A stretch of DNA of 64,000 nt, from the IMG/VR virus record IMGVR_UViG_3300020048_000015, positions 96,001 to 160,000 of that record. One strand, given 5' to 3'. This stretch comes from a virus. The notes beneath the pieces were generated by a model that saw only the letters and a program-made list of their open reading frames with translations, had not been told where the DNA came from and ran no database searches. Position numbers and translations under genes: made by a program. Every line of letters starts with the position of its first letter. Position 1 is the first letter of the stretch. This document shows positions 8,736 through 19,704 of the stretch, piece by piece.

Positions 8736-9822
8736 GACTATTGTTTATTTTAAATCCACCATCAATTAGATACTTATCTTTACTAAACAATTCCAAATCA
8801 GATTGAACCATTTCTTTACATATATCTTCAACTGTATATGTTGGTTCCCATCCCAATTGTGTTTTAGCTTTAGTATAATCACCAATTAACAAATCAACTT
8901 CAGTAGGTCTGAAATATTCAGAATCAACTTCAATTAATAAATCACCAGTTTCCTTATTATAACCTTTTTCATCAACACCAACACCTTTCCATACGATATG
9001 GACATTAACTTCATTAAAAGCCAATTCAACAAATCTTCTAACTGTTATTTTTCTATTTGTTGCTAATATATAATCATCAGGTTTATCTTGTTGCATCATT
9101 AACCAAGCACCATACATATAATCTTTAGCGTGACCCCAATCTCTTTCGGCATCTAAATTACCTAAATATAGTTTTTCTTGTAATCCTAAGAATATTTTAG
9201 CAACTGCCATTGTAATTTTCCTTGTAACAAAGGTTTCACTTCTGCGTCCACTTTCGTGATTGTACAGAATTCCGCAACAAGCAAATATACCATAAGCTTC
9301 TCTATAATTAACTGTAATCCAATGTGCATAAAGTTTTGCAACACCATATGGACTTCTTGGATAGAATGGTGTAGTTTCTTTTTGTGGTATTTCCTGAACT
9401 TTTCCGAACATCTCCGAACTTGAAGCTTGATAATACTTAACCTTTTTTTCCATTCCAAGAATTCTAATAGCTTCAAGAACACGCAAAGCACCCATTCCTG
9501 TAACATCACCTGTATATTCTGGTAGACCAAAAGAAACTTTAACGTGTGATTGTGCGCCAAGATTATAGATTTCATCAGGTTGAACTTCTTTTATTATTCT
9601 AATTAAATTAGTTGAATCTGATAAATCACCATAATGTAAGAAGAAGTTATTATTTTCTTCGTGTTTATCTTTATAAAGATGATCAATTCTTGAAGTATTG
9701 AATGATGAACTTCTTCTTTTTATACCATGAACGATATAACCTTTTGATAAAAGCAATTCTGCTAAATAACTTCCATCTTGTCCAGTAATTCCTGTGCAAA
9801 GTGCTACCTTCTTTTTATCCAT
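8725..9822 (-). CDS. gmd: GDP-mannose 4,6-dehydratase
   Basis: [46 protein letters not shown] and RDWGHAKDY. Confidence 0.97.
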   Translation of the reverse strand: MDKKKVALCTGITGQDGSYLAELLLSKGYIVHGIKRRSSSFNTSRIDHLYKDKHEENNNFFLHYGDLSDSTNLIRIIKEVQPDEIYNLGAQSHVKVSFGLPEYTGDVTGMGALRVLEAIRILGMEKKVKYYQASSSEMFGKVQEIPQKETTPFYPRSPYGVAKLYAHWITVNYREAYGIFACCGILYNHESGRRSETFVTRKITMAVAKIFLGLQEKLYLGNLDAERDWGHAKDYMYGAWLMMQQDKPDDYILATNRKITVRRFVELAFNEVNVHIVWKGVGVDEKGYNKETGDLLIEVDSEYFRPTEVDLLIGDYTKAKTQLGWEPTYTVEDICKEMVQSDLELFSKDKYLIDGGFKINNSHGM

Positions 9823-9842
9823 TTAAATTTTTGTTTATTATA

Positions 9843-11465
9843 TTATAAATTATTGGTTTGTTTAAATGTAATATCTTTTTCTATACTATATGGATGCCAA
9901 GAGCATTTATTAAAAAAATCTCGCCAATATATATATGTCTTGTAGTCATTAGGAGTACCCCAACATATATAGTTTATAACTTCAAACACTTTAACATTTA
10001 AACCACTTTTAATATTTTGATTTAACACATCATCAACATAGAATTCACCATTAGTTCTAATATTTGATTCATAATTCTTTTTAAGACCATCAATAAAATA
10101 CTTGGCTTTTCTAAAATACATTGTCCCAATTATAGCATGTGTTTTTAAGGGATCATCATATATAAACTTTTTACAAGAAACGTGTTTTATTAAATTATTT
10201 TCATCAACTTCTAACCAAGCATACATATTTGGATTCAATTTACTTGTTTGATTATTTCTAAATGACCATACTATAACATCATTATTTTCATCATTAACAA
10301 GTTCCAAATATTCATTTGTATCATAATATACACCATTATCACAAGCAGAAATAAGAATAGGTTTTTCTAAATCTAAATTAGCATTATTTATACCAATTTC
10401 ACAAGTACATGCTTGACCTTCAGTAGTTTTATTTATTTTAATAATATTACAATTTGGATAACTATCATTAAGTTTTTCACTTAAATTAAAATTATCTATG
10501 TGTTCTTCTAAGCATATAAATATATTATTTTCAGATTGTGGTAAACAATTTACTGCTTGTATTACCATAGGTAGACCATTTACATCAATTAATGGTTTTG
10601 GAATATCATATCCACATTCAGTGAATCTACTTCCTTTACCAGCCATTGGTAAAACTAATGTAACATCAGGATTATTTTTAATTATTGGTTGCTTTTTAAT
10701 TATATTTGAAAAATAATTAGACCAACCTTTATATACTTCTAAATCATATGGTGTTCCCCATTGTAACATATTTTCTATTTCAAAAATACTAACATTTAAT
10801 CCATCTTTAACTAATAAATTATAAACAAGACTAACATAAAATTCACCATTTAAATTTATATTTAAATCTATTAGTTTCTGGAAATACTTTTTAACAAGTG
10901 ATCCACTTTTGAAATAATATGTTCCATTGGAAGCATATTCACTCATCTTATCATCAGTGAATGGTTCTTTCTCCTTAATTTCAATAAGTCTTTTATTCTC
11001 TTCCTTACAGAAAGCATAATTATCACTACCCAACATATGAGGGTGAAATCCGGTATAACAAGGTATAGCACCATCTGAATTTTTACTTCTAATTTCATCT
11101 AAAAACTTATTGAAATCCCAATAAGTACCATAATCACAATAACTAACTATAACTTCTGATTCATCATCAATATTATCTATAATCTGATTAATAGCATCAA
11201 CTGGTCCTTTTCTATTATCATTAGAAACTTCAAATATTTTACAATTTGGTGAAATTGATATTAAAATTTCTTTCATATTTGTTTCCTTTAGATGTTTTTC
11301 ATTACATATAAATGTAATATTATCAACACCAGGAAAAAGGTTAATGACATGTTTAATTATTGGAAAACCATCAACTTCAATTAATGGCTTAGGAACTGTA
11401 TAACCAGCTTCTATAAATCTTTTACCAATGCCTGACATTGGTATAATAAGTTGTATATTATTCAT
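9843..11465 (-). CDS. Tandem (two-domain) sugar nucleotidyltransferase-like protein
   Basis: Two copies of IPMxGxGxRF...PKPLIxVxG, each domain with NGEFYV and WGTP motifs. Confidence 0.85.
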   Translation of the reverse strand: MNNIQLIIPMSGIGKRFIEAGYTVPKPLIEVDGFPIIKHVINLFPGVDNITFICNEKHLKETNMKEILISISPNCKIFEVSNDNRKGPVDAINQIIDNIDDESEVIVSYCDYGTYWDFNKFLDEIRSKNSDGAIPCYTGFHPHMLGSDNYAFCKEENKRLIEIKEKEPFTDDKMSEYASNGTYYFKSGSLVKKYFQKLIDLNINLNGEFYVSLVYNLLVKDGLNVSIFEIENMLQWGTPYDLEVYKGWSNYFSNIIKKQPIIKNNPDVTLVLPMAGKGSRFTECGYDIPKPLIDVNGLPMVIQAVNCLPQSENNIFICLEEHIDNFNLSEKLNDSYPNCNIIKINKTTEGQACTCEIGINNANLDLEKPILISACDNGVYYDTNEYLELVNDENNDVIVWSFRNNQTSKLNPNMYAWLEVDENNLIKHVSCKKFIYDDPLKTHAIIGTMYFRKAKYFIDGLKKNYESNIRTNGEFYVDDVLNQNIKSGLNVKVFEVINYICWGTPNDYKTYIYWRDFFNKCSWHPYSIEKDITFKQTNNL

Positions 11466-11934
11466 ATAATCCTTTTTGTTTTAAAATATATTCAGCCATC
11501 GTTATATAATCAGTACAGACAGCATATACCAAACCACCTTTATAATTTATTAAATCACTATCACTTAATAGTGGTATTATACATTTTTTACTTAGATTCA
11601 TTTCTAAATCATGAACCCAAATATGATTAGAGCTTGTCATAACAAACAAATCTGATTTATGACAAAAGAACTTGAAGTTTGATAGTTTACATAATTCAGT
11701 AGCAGCATCTAAGTTTTTACAATGAAACCATATGCTATTCTTTCTATTTTCCATCCACTTTTCACTTATTTCATAATCAGGTGTATCGTGTCCTAAATAG
11801 AATTTACCATTCATATAGTTAATATCTACTTCAACTTCATATCCAGCTGATATAGCAGTATCTATATATGATGGTGAATTTTCTCTTGATGGATTTAAAC
11901 CATTTATATTTCCTCTATGTGATATTAGTTTCAT
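11458..11934 (-). CDS. GDPD/PI-PLC-like phosphodiesterase
   Basis: ISHRGN, ENSP, VEVD, YLGHD and WFHCKN. Confidence 0.75.
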   Translation of the reverse strand: MKLISHRGNINGLNPSRENSPSYIDTAISAGYEVEVDINYMNGKFYLGHDTPDYEISEKWMENRKNSIWFHCKNLDAATELCKLSNFKFFCHKSDLFVMTSSNHIWVHDLEMNLSKKCIIPLLSDSDLINYKGGLVYAVCTDYITMAEYILKQKGLYE

Positions 11935-12230
11935 ATTTCTTCTATTCTAAGTGTTTTATCATCAATAAATAAATCATAATATGGCTTTGTAACATTTAGT
12001 TCATGGTGTTTAGCCCCCCATTCAATTAATTGTTGTTTAGTAAGTTCATACCAATTTATTTGTGATCTGCTACCTCGAGCAGTCCAATAAACAATAGTAT
12101 TACCATCATCATAGAGTTTATTAATCTTTTCTATGTTTTCTTTTATTGGTTTAGCATTGGAATAATTTCTAGGTTCCGGTGTAATACAGATTGTTTCATC
12201 TATATCAACATAAATAACTTTCATTTTCAT
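11931..12230 (-). CDS. Small HAD-superfamily phosphatase (capsule-cluster type)
   Basis: YVDIDETIC, YWTARG and KPYYDLFIDDK. Confidence 0.85.
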   Translation of the reverse strand: MKMKVIYVDIDETICITPEPRNYSNAKPIKENIEKINKLYDDGNTIVYWTARGSRSQINWYELTKQQLIEWGAKHHELNVTKPYYDLFIDDKTLRIEEI

Positions 12231-12880
12231 TTTATTAATCCTTGTCTATATTTTTCATTTTTATCGTTTTCTAAATCATTTATTTCTAAATCTGATAAGA
12301 AATTTATACTACCTAAATTAAGACAATCTATAAATATTTCAGCAGACTTTTCACATATCTCAGTAGAAATTATACATTCATCTATTGTTTTCCCACAAGT
12401 AATTATTCCATGGTTTTTAAGTAAAATTAATTTTGGAAAAAAACCTTCTTTTTCAATGAATTCTAAGACACCTTTCTTAATAGCATTTGTCAAATCATCA
12501 CCTGGTTTAGCATATGGTATTAAACAAGATTTTTTACCATTAAAAACAACTTGATCTGGAAATAACCTATTCCTTGAATATGAATCACTAAAGTCACCAC
12601 ATAGTATTTTTAAGGCATTTATTGGATGCGTATGTGATACATAATTAACATTATCAAATCCAAGTAGGAAAGTATGAAAACTTAATTCCATACTTCCTTT
12701 CTTAGAAAAATTAGATAATTGTATACCATTCATATCAAATTCAACTAAATCATTATGTGATAATTCACTTAATTTAGCCCCACTTGCTTTAATCAAAAGA
12801 CCACTTTCAGTTTTTTCTGAAATGTTACCTTCCATACCAACACAATATTTTGATATTTTTTTTGATAATTCTATTAACAT
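12227..12880 (-). CDS. Class II aldolase/adducin-family protein
   Basis: EGNIS, IKASG, SMELSFH, HTHP and LLKNHGIITCG. Confidence 0.85.
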   Translation of the reverse strand: MLIELSKKISKYCVGMEGNISEKTESGLLIKASGAKLSELSHNDLVEFDMNGIQLSNFSKKGSMELSFHTFLLGFDNVNYVSHTHPINALKILCGDFSDSYSRNRLFPDQVVFNGKKSCLIPYAKPGDDLTNAIKKGVLEFIEKEGFFPKLILLKNHGIITCGKTIDECIISTEICEKSAEIFIDCLNLGSINFLSDLEINDLENDKNEKYRQGLIK

Positions 12881-12881
12881 A

Positions 12882-13613
12882 TTAAAATGATTTTTTTAAT
12901 AAAAATGCGGTTGGTGCTATCCAATTGGTTGACTTTAATGAATAATCTATATTATTTTCTTTAAGAAATCTTTCAACACCCACACTTTCACTAAATTTAT
13001 GATATTCATATTCATCAAATAAAATATAACCTCCTGGTAATATTCTATCCCATAGGTGTTTAAGTGAGTAATATGTTGGTCTATCTAAATCAACATCTAT
13101 ATAAAGTAGAGAAACTCTAAAACCTGGATTCTTTTCTAGAAATTCCGGAATAGAATTTTGAACATCCCCTTGAACTAATAAAAATTTATCTTCATCAGCA
13201 CCAGAAGTAACTAATTTATTTTTAACTGAGCTTAATAGAAGTTCAGTATTATCAACTCTACTATAAACTATCCCCATTGATTCTTTATCAACTTTACTAT
13301 CCTTATTTAGTGCGTTATCTGCTAATTCTGTATCAAATATATCAAATCCAACAACCTTCTTATTTGAATTTGGACAATATATTTTAAGGAACTTCAAAAA
13401 TGAAGACATTCCACTTCCCTTAAATACACCTATTTCAACGATATCACCAGGTAAATCCTTTGTCTTTAAGAAATATTCAAATCTATGTAGTAATTTACCA
13501 GTTAGTTTAACATCATCAGAAAATATGAAGTTATTAAAACTATCATAATTATTTTGACTTGGTAAATTTAGTTTATTATTGTTTGATATATCTTTTTGAT
13601 CCATTTTTTTCAT
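12882..13613 (-). CDS. TylF/MycF-like O-methyltransferase
   Basis: GDIVEIGVFKG, GFDIF, YIDVDL and GGYILFDEY. Confidence 0.75.
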   Translation of the reverse strand: MKKMDQKDISNNNKLNLPSQNNYDSFNNFIFSDDVKLTGKLLHRFEYFLKTKDLPGDIVEIGVFKGSGMSSFLKFLKIYCPNSNKKVVGFDIFDTELADNALNKDSKVDKESMGIVYSRVDNTELLLSSVKNKLVTSGADEDKFLLVQGDVQNSIPEFLEKNPGFRVSLLYIDVDLDRPTYYSLKHLWDRILPGGYILFDEYEYHKFSESVGVERFLKENNIDYSLKSTNWIAPTAFLLKKSF

Positions 13614-13635
13614 ATAAATTATTTTATAATTCTAT

Positions 13636-15090
13636 TCATATATTTCTATTTTGTTGTAATGATAATATAAAAAATATTATATAATCATAATATGATCTGG
13701 TTGATGATTTATAATAATCTTCAAATATATCACACTCTTTATACTTATAAAATGTTATTTCATTAAATATTTCACTTGAACTAATAGAGAAATCTATATC
13801 ATTCTTTGATAGAACGCTTAAAATATCTATCAGTGGATATTTCTTATTTACAAGAACCTTCAAATACATATTAGGATTTTCAATATTAGAATCATTATCA
13901 GTAAAGAAGTTAATTACTATATCAGATAAATCTCTTTGTGGATGTATAAACTTATAATAATCTTCCTTTCTGCTTTCTATTTGTTCCATAATTCGTTCTT
14001 GTGTATATCCTCTTTTATTAACATCTCTATCAATTTTCCACTTTGTTCTTAACTTAACATCAGAATCAATAAATATTTTCAAATTATATACATTATTATT
14101 CTTTGAATACAAGCTATGCAATCCACATACTATTATATTATCAGATGTGTCTATTTTTTCTTTTTCAGTGAACTTACCATTATCATGATTATAATCCACT
14201 TGGTATATGGTTTTCCCTATTTTTAAGTCAAAAATATCATTACTCATCTTCGTTATATAATTGGCATCTGGGTTAAGATGTGTAAACTTCTTCCAATTAT
14301 CATCACATCTTTCCCATTTATGATATCTATCACATTCCAACATAAAAGAATTATCAAAGTATTTTTTTAAAATATTACCAAATGTTGTTTTACCAGATCC
14401 AGAATCACCACATATGGCGAATACATTACACATAGATAGTATAATATTATACTCTATATCCAATAGTTTGTATTGTATTTTATTATCAGTCAAATAGTTA
14501 TACATAATTGATTCAGATATATATCCACATTTATTTGATATTTCATCAATACACTTATAGATATCAAAGTATCTATTCATAACATCTGATTTGCCATATG
14601 CAAATATATCACATAAGTTATTATCATCTTTATTTTGCAGCTTTGATGTGTCAATAATGCTATTTTTAGGAATATAAACAATATCCTTTTTAAAGTCTCC
14701 AATAAATATATCATCTGATATTAAATTTAAATCTGGTCTATACTTTATAACTAAATCATAATCACCATAAATAGATTCATTTATCTTTTTAATTTCATTT
14801 ATTTTATAATATTTCAACCAAAGATTTAATACACCATTCTTCTTTCTATCATCAGATAAAATAAAATTATCTTCATATAACAATGAAATAGGATTTAGTA
14901 TATTATTTATATAACTAATATCATCAATTTCATTTGATAGATTGAAATACCTATCATCAATATTTTCATTTTTTGTAATATGTATATAAACATCAACATT
15001 TTCAAATTTATCCAATATCTTACTTTTAATTAAAGGTATATTAACTTTAAAGCTTCTAAGATACCCAGATATTAATAGAGCTACTTTCAT
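13636..15090 (-). CDS. Fusion of an uncharacterised glycan-cluster domain (KVALLISGYLRS) and a phosphoribulokinase/uridine-kinase domain
   Basis: ICGDSGSGKTT, CDRYHKWER, LNPDAN, YNHDNGKF, GLHS, KWKIDRDVNKRGY and FIHPQRDLSDIVI follow the PRK pattern. Confidence 0.8.
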   Translation of the reverse strand: MKVALLISGYLRSFKVNIPLIKSKILDKFENVDVYIHITKNENIDDRYFNLSNEIDDISYINNILNPISLLYEDNFILSDDRKKNGVLNLWLKYYKINEIKKINESIYGDYDLVIKYRPDLNLISDDIFIGDFKKDIVYIPKNSIIDTSKLQNKDDNNLCDIFAYGKSDVMNRYFDIYKCIDEISNKCGYISESIMYNYLTDNKIQYKLLDIEYNIILSMCNVFAICGDSGSGKTTFGNILKKYFDNSFMLECDRYHKWERCDDNWKKFTHLNPDANYITKMSNDIFDLKIGKTIYQVDYNHDNGKFTEKEKIDTSDNIIVCGLHSLYSKNNNVYNLKIFIDSDVKLRTKWKIDRDVNKRGYTQERIMEQIESRKEDYYKFIHPQRDLSDIVINFFTDNDSNIENPNMYLKVLVNKKYPLIDILSVLSKNDIDFSISSSEIFNEITFYKYKECDIFEDYYKSSTRSYYDYIIFFILSLQQNRNI

Positions 15091-16301
15091 TTTTTTAAAT
15101 ATTTTTTTAAATCATCTATGTTAAAATACCAAGATGAATTCAAACCATTGTCAATAGCTAAACATTCAGACTTATTAAATATCTTTTTATTTAATATCAT
15201 ATCACTATTCCAACCAGATACTTTCTTATCAGCATAAGAAACAAGTAATGAATTCTCATATATATCTTCAATTTCCCCAACTATATTATATTTTTCAACA
15301 CTAACCCTCATATATTTTTTCCAAAATTCAGATTCGGAATGATATGTTTCATTAAAGTATATTGTATCTACATTACTAAATGAATATTTAAATCTATTAT
15401 TTACTTCTAGAAATGTTGGTGATATCAAAGCTATTAATTTTGTATTCTTACCCGAAAATAAAACATTACACAACCCACCACCTATTGCACCAATTATACA
15501 TTCAGCATTAGAAAACATTAGTATCTTATGGATTGTACTTAAACTTTCTGTGAAGACCTCAGTATACCCATATTCTGAAAGTATATTTACCAATTCATCC
15601 TCGTTAATAAGTTTTCTTCTTGTTGTATAGTTTGTTCCTATATTTGATAAATCATTATTTACCCAAGTTCTTCTTGATATGTATATTTTTTTTGGTAGAT
15701 TATCAATATGATTAACCATCTTAATACTATCAACCATATCTTCATATAGTTTGTATATTTCTTTTCTAGGTGGTAGATTAGAATCAATATCATGTGTATA
15801 TGATGATGATATATAAATTGTACTATAAATTATATTTTCATCACCAATAACTATATCATTATCCTTTATTCCAAGAATATCTAATAATTCTGTTACAAAC
15901 TTATAGAATTTATCATTATTAGACTTCATAAGTAATTTTAAATTTGGAATATCTTCTTTAAGTTTATTATAAGAAATTAAATATGGAATAGTATCATATA
16001 TAAAATGATAGTAATTATCAACATTATAAATAAAGAAGAAAGTTGGTTCATCATATATTTTATTTAATACAACATTCTTATAGCCATATTCTCTATTGGA
16101 CTTAACTGACTTTAAAGACATTACATCTTCCTTAATAGGATTATACACTTCGTCATTTGAATGTAATAATATGTTTGGGTAATATAATGTATCACCTGTT
16201 AAATTAACATCTTCTATTTTATATATGTTAATTATTCTACCATTATCATCAATTGGTAAATACTCTGTTGATTTAATATCTTTTAATTCCTTTATAATCA
16301 T
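15087..16301 (-). CDS. GT61 (DUF563)-like glycosyltransferase
   Basis: NYYHFIYDTIP, KIYISRR, RKLINEDEL and IIGAIGGGLCNVLF. Confidence 0.8.
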   Translation of the reverse strand: MIIKELKDIKSTEYLPIDDNGRIINIYKIEDVNLTGDTLYYPNILLHSNDEVYNPIKEDVMSLKSVKSNREYGYKNVVLNKIYDEPTFFFIYNVDNYYHFIYDTIPYLISYNKLKEDIPNLKLLMKSNNDKFYKFVTELLDILGIKDNDIVIGDENIIYSTIYISSSYTHDIDSNLPPRKEIYKLYEDMVDSIKMVNHIDNLPKKIYISRRTWVNNDLSNIGTNYTTRRKLINEDELVNILSEYGYTEVFTESLSTIHKILMFSNAECIIGAIGGGLCNVLFSGKNTKLIALISPTFLEVNNRFKYSFSNVDTIYFNETYHSESEFWKKYMRVSVEKYNIVGEIEDIYENSLLVSYADKKVSGWNSDMILNKKIFNKSECLAIDNGLNSSWYFNIDDLKKYLKK

Positions 16302-17290
16302 ATACTTCTAACATAATTAACTATATCATCCATATTTACATAAAATGGACTATTTGTGGAGTTTTTTGGATCAGTATTTATGTCTATGGATGGATATTTT
16401 ATCATATTGTAGTTTATATGTGTCCCAGTTAGCATATGACTAATATTAATATAATAGTCAACTCCAACCGGTCTATCATTTGATAATACAAGACATTTTT
16501 CTATACCATTTGCAAAGACAAAATTCATACAATTTGCACCCAATTGTGTTATCAAAACTTTAATATCTTTCATAAGATCAGCCTTTTCTGACATAGTTTT
16601 ATCACCAAGATTTATTATTTCAAAACCATTAGATTCTAAAAATGATATAATCTCAGATTCATTAACTATTTTTCTTGATATACCAACTTCCGTATTATTA
16701 AAATCAACATTAACAATCCCATCTTTTTTTAGATATACTTTTCTATATGGATTTGATTTATTTATATTTAATTTACTTCTAATTTTAGAACAAACATAGA
16801 CAACATCTTGATGAACATTTCCACCTGGAGCATGATAAATATTATCAATTGTATATAGATTTTTGAAATTATATAGAATGTTATCATCCAACATAATTAT
16901 TCTATCTTCTCTTATATCAAAGATATCCAACATCTCTCTACACATACTTGTGTATGTACTTCTAGGAATAACAATCTTCAAACTAGGATCATCTATTACA
17001 TACTTTAGTTTTGGAAGACACTGTGATACATAATGAGCAAAACTTATTTGATAATGAAATGAATAATAAAGTAAGCAATTTTCATCAACAACTACGTTAT
17101 TATAGCAACCATCAATAAGGTTACTTATTCTATCCGAATGTATATCACATGGAAATGTAAATTTTTGCATAAATGTATTATTTGAGTCAAATGCAAATAA
17201 TGTTTCCTTATTCTCCTCCCAATCATTATACTTAATATCAACACCATCCACAATATGGATTAATTTTATATTACTATGTTGTTTAATCAT
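16298..17290 (-). CDS. GT61-like glycosyltransferase
   Basis: FAHYVSQCLP, RKIVNESE and VLITQLGANCMNFVF. Confidence 0.65.
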   Translation of the reverse strand: MIKQHSNIKLIHIVDGVDIKYNDWEENKETLFAFDSNNTFMQKFTFPCDIHSDRISNLIDGCYNNVVVDENCLLYYSFHYQISFAHYVSQCLPKLKYVIDDPSLKIVIPRSTYTSMCREMLDIFDIREDRIIMLDDNILYNFKNLYTIDNIYHAPGGNVHQDVVYVCSKIRSKLNINKSNPYRKVYLKKDGIVNVDFNNTEVGISRKIVNESEIISFLESNGFEIINLGDKTMSEKADLMKDIKVLITQLGANCMNFVFANGIEKCLVLSNDRPVGVDYYINISHMLTGTHINYNMIKYPSIDINTDPKNSTNSPFYVNMDDIVNYVRSI

Positions 17291-17292
17291 AT

Positions 17293-18006
17293 CTATTTTA
17301 TAATATTATATCCTGGTAAAGTTCCATATCCAACAACTTCACTTTTTGATTCATAGACAAACGCATCAAATTGCATTCTTTTTATTTTCAGTTCTAACAA
17401 TTTAAAACAATTAATTTGACAAGTTTCTGGATGATATACACCATCTAACTGTTGAGTTTCTTTTGAAATAACTATTTGATTAGTAAGTATTTTCTCCATA
17501 ATTAACATATTTGAGAAGAATATAACATCAGGACAAGCACCTTCACCATAATAGACATTATTCCCATAAATATTCCAATTAGGACCAATTGGAATATAAA
17601 CACTGTTATCATCCGCTTTGACATTATCATATAGATCTGATATGTTTTTCCAAATTTTAGTATCGGTTCTAAGTAATACAACAACATCAAAATCTATGTT
17701 AATCTTTTTTATAGTTTCAACCGCCTTACTTCTAATATACAATTGATGGTAGTAATTAGATAAAGGTCTCATAGATTCATATCTTTGATTAGATATGAAT
17801 CCATCTATATCCTTTTGATCAGGCACATCTATATAATTTATAAATGAGTTTGGAAATGATAACACAAAATCACTTGTATCCTCACCAACCCAGGTAGTTA
17901 GTGTAATATAATACTCATTTTCTCCTCCAGTTAGGAGATCAATCATATTTTTAGTGTGTGGTATAGATCTAGGCTTACCAGTATATAATAAACAAATCTT
18001 ACCCAT
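17293..18006 (-). CDS. Uncharacterised glycan-cluster protein, paralog of the N-domain of 13636..15090
   Basis: KICLLYTGKPRS, FDVVVLLRTD, DVIFFS and HPE. Confidence 0.6.
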   Translation of the reverse strand: MGKICLLYTGKPRSIPHTKNMIDLLTGGENEYYITLTTWVGEDTSDFVLSFPNSFINYIDVPDQKDIDGFISNQRYESMRPLSNYYHQLYIRSKAVETIKKINIDFDVVVLLRTDTKIWKNISDLYDNVKADDNSVYIPIGPNWNIYGNNVYYGEGACPDVIFFSNMLIMEKILTNQIVISKETQQLDGVYHPETCQINCFKLLELKIKRMQFDAFVYESKSEVVGYGTLPGYNIIK

Positions 18007-18033
18007 TATTACCTATTTTTTTTATTATTTCCA

Positions 18034-18801
18034 TTACTCTATAATATAGTTTCTAAATGAAATAGGACTACCATCTATTTGATATCCAATATTTACTTGC
18101 CTTTCATTAACAAAGTTTTTGAATTTATTATTGATAAACTCCAATTGTTCTTCCTTATTCATACCATAGACTGGTTCAAAATCCAAATTATAACTAAATC
18201 TTTCCAATCTACCCACTCTATTAAGATATCCTTTACTATACACATCACTTATACTTTCTTCTTGAACACCTGGAACTAGAATAACATTATTCCAATCCAG
18301 CGAATCTATCTTATATCCATATTTTTTAAGTAGGTCTTCTAGCATTAAAAGAGAATACCCAAAGTAGTGACTACCATCCCAAAAATATCCTTCAGTATAT
18401 TTAACTGTAAATTTAATATTAGCTGGTATTTTCTCATTTATTTCACTAACAATCAATTGTGGTTTATATACACTTAATATTTTATCCAAAACAAAGTAAT
18501 CATATCCATCAATATCCAATGTTAAATAGAACCCATCAGGTACATTATTTTCCTTCAATATATTTAAAATATTATCTGGTGTGACCTTTACTGGTATAAC
18601 AGTTGCTAAACGACCAATCATTTTCTGTTGCTGAATAGGATATTTATTTTTATCACACTCAAACATTAAACCACTCCATCCGTCGTGGTCTAAAAGAAGT
18701 TCAGATTCAGAAGCTGTTGTGTGACATGATGCTCCTATATCAACAAAGAATTTTGTTTTTGTTAACTCAACTATGTGGAGTATTTTACTAATTGTTGTCA
18801 T
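18034..18801 (-). CDS. FkbM-like methyltransferase
   Basis: FFVDIGA, WSGLMFE, LTLDIDGYDY, EINEKIP and YFGYSL. Confidence 0.7.
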   Translation of the reverse strand: MTTISKILHIVELTKTKFFVDIGASCHTTASESELLLDHDGWSGLMFECDKNKYPIQQQKMIGRLATVIPVKVTPDNILNILKENNVPDGFYLTLDIDGYDYFVLDKILSVYKPQLIVSEINEKIPANIKFTVKYTEGYFWDGSHYFGYSLLMLEDLLKKYGYKIDSLDWNNVILVPGVQEESISDVYSKGYLNRVGRLERFSYNLDFEPVYGMNKEEQLEFINNKFKNFVNERQVNIGYQIDGSPISFRNYIIE

Positions 18802-18899
18802 TTTATTTATTATTTTTTGTAAATTTCACACAATATGAAATCTTAAACCATGTTACAATCTTTTATTATAATTGTTTATAGCAAAGATTATTTTTTCCA

Positions 18900-19700
18900 T
18901 TAGTGTAGTGTATCCCTAAATTTTCTTTTTGAATTTTCTAAATCAAATAATTTTATTATTTCTTGATATTTTTCATTTATACTTTGTGGTAATTTATTTA
19001 CTATATTACTAATAGGCATATACATACCATAATGTGTAATGTGTAAAAATTGAAAAAATTCAACTGATTTATAATACGTTGTATCAATTACTTTTTCCGA
19101 ATATAATTTATATATTTTATATTTTTCGCAAAATTTTTGAACATCAATACCTTCTATATTTCTATATGTTTTATCATTAAAAGCATCAGTTATTTCTATT
19201 AATGATTCAATTTTCCAAATAGATGGATTTACATTATATATGTATCCATTAAATATACCATTACTATCTGAACTATTTTTTACTAAAAAAACTTTATTGT
19301 CATAATTACTTGGTATTTCAATAAAAAACTGATCATTTTTAATATCAAAGGATTTATCTTTTCTATCCATCCACTGCAAATCAATTCTATCCAAATCTTT
19401 TTCTTCCATTATATCTAGACAATTTGATAATACACCTTTATCATAATGTAATAGAATATCTACATCATGAATTAATAATACAAATTTTGTATTTAATTCT
19501 TTTATTGAACTATTTAATTTTTCTGCATATGTCAAAGAGTCATCATAAAAAATAACCCTATCATAACAATCATAAATATTATAAATATCTAAATTATTTT
19601 TATTAATTAGTAATACTTTATTATCTATATTTTGTAAAAATTTTGTTTGTATATTTAATACATCAAGATAATCAGTATGTGAATAAACTGCTATTGTCAT
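18900..19700 (-). CDS. Putative GT-A-like protein
   Basis: VLLIHDVDIL (DxD) and YNVNPSIWK; cluster context. Confidence 0.5.
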   Translation of the reverse strand: MTIAVYSHTDYLDVLNIQTKFLQNIDNKVLLINKNNLDIYNIYDCYDRVIFYDDSLTYAEKLNSSIKELNTKFVLLIHDVDILLHYDKGVLSNCLDIMEEKDLDRIDLQWMDRKDKSFDIKNDQFFIEIPSNYDNKVFLVKNSSDSNGIFNGYIYNVNPSIWKIESLIEITDAFNDKTYRNIEGIDVQKFCEKYKIYKLYSEKVIDTTYYKSVEFFQFLHITHYGMYMPISNIVNKLPQSINEKYQEIIKLFDLENSKRKFRDTLH

Positions 19701-19704
19701 TATT

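Noticed and set aside
13636-15090. PRK as evidence of phage carbon fixation
   Set aside because: No RuBisCO or other Calvin-cycle genes; the kinase is fused to a glycan-cluster domain inside a glycan operon
18802-18900. Micro-ORF MEKIIFAINNYNKRL* in the gap within the glycan operon
   Set aside because: Only 15 aa; could be a GT N-terminal remnant, but there is no supporting evidence
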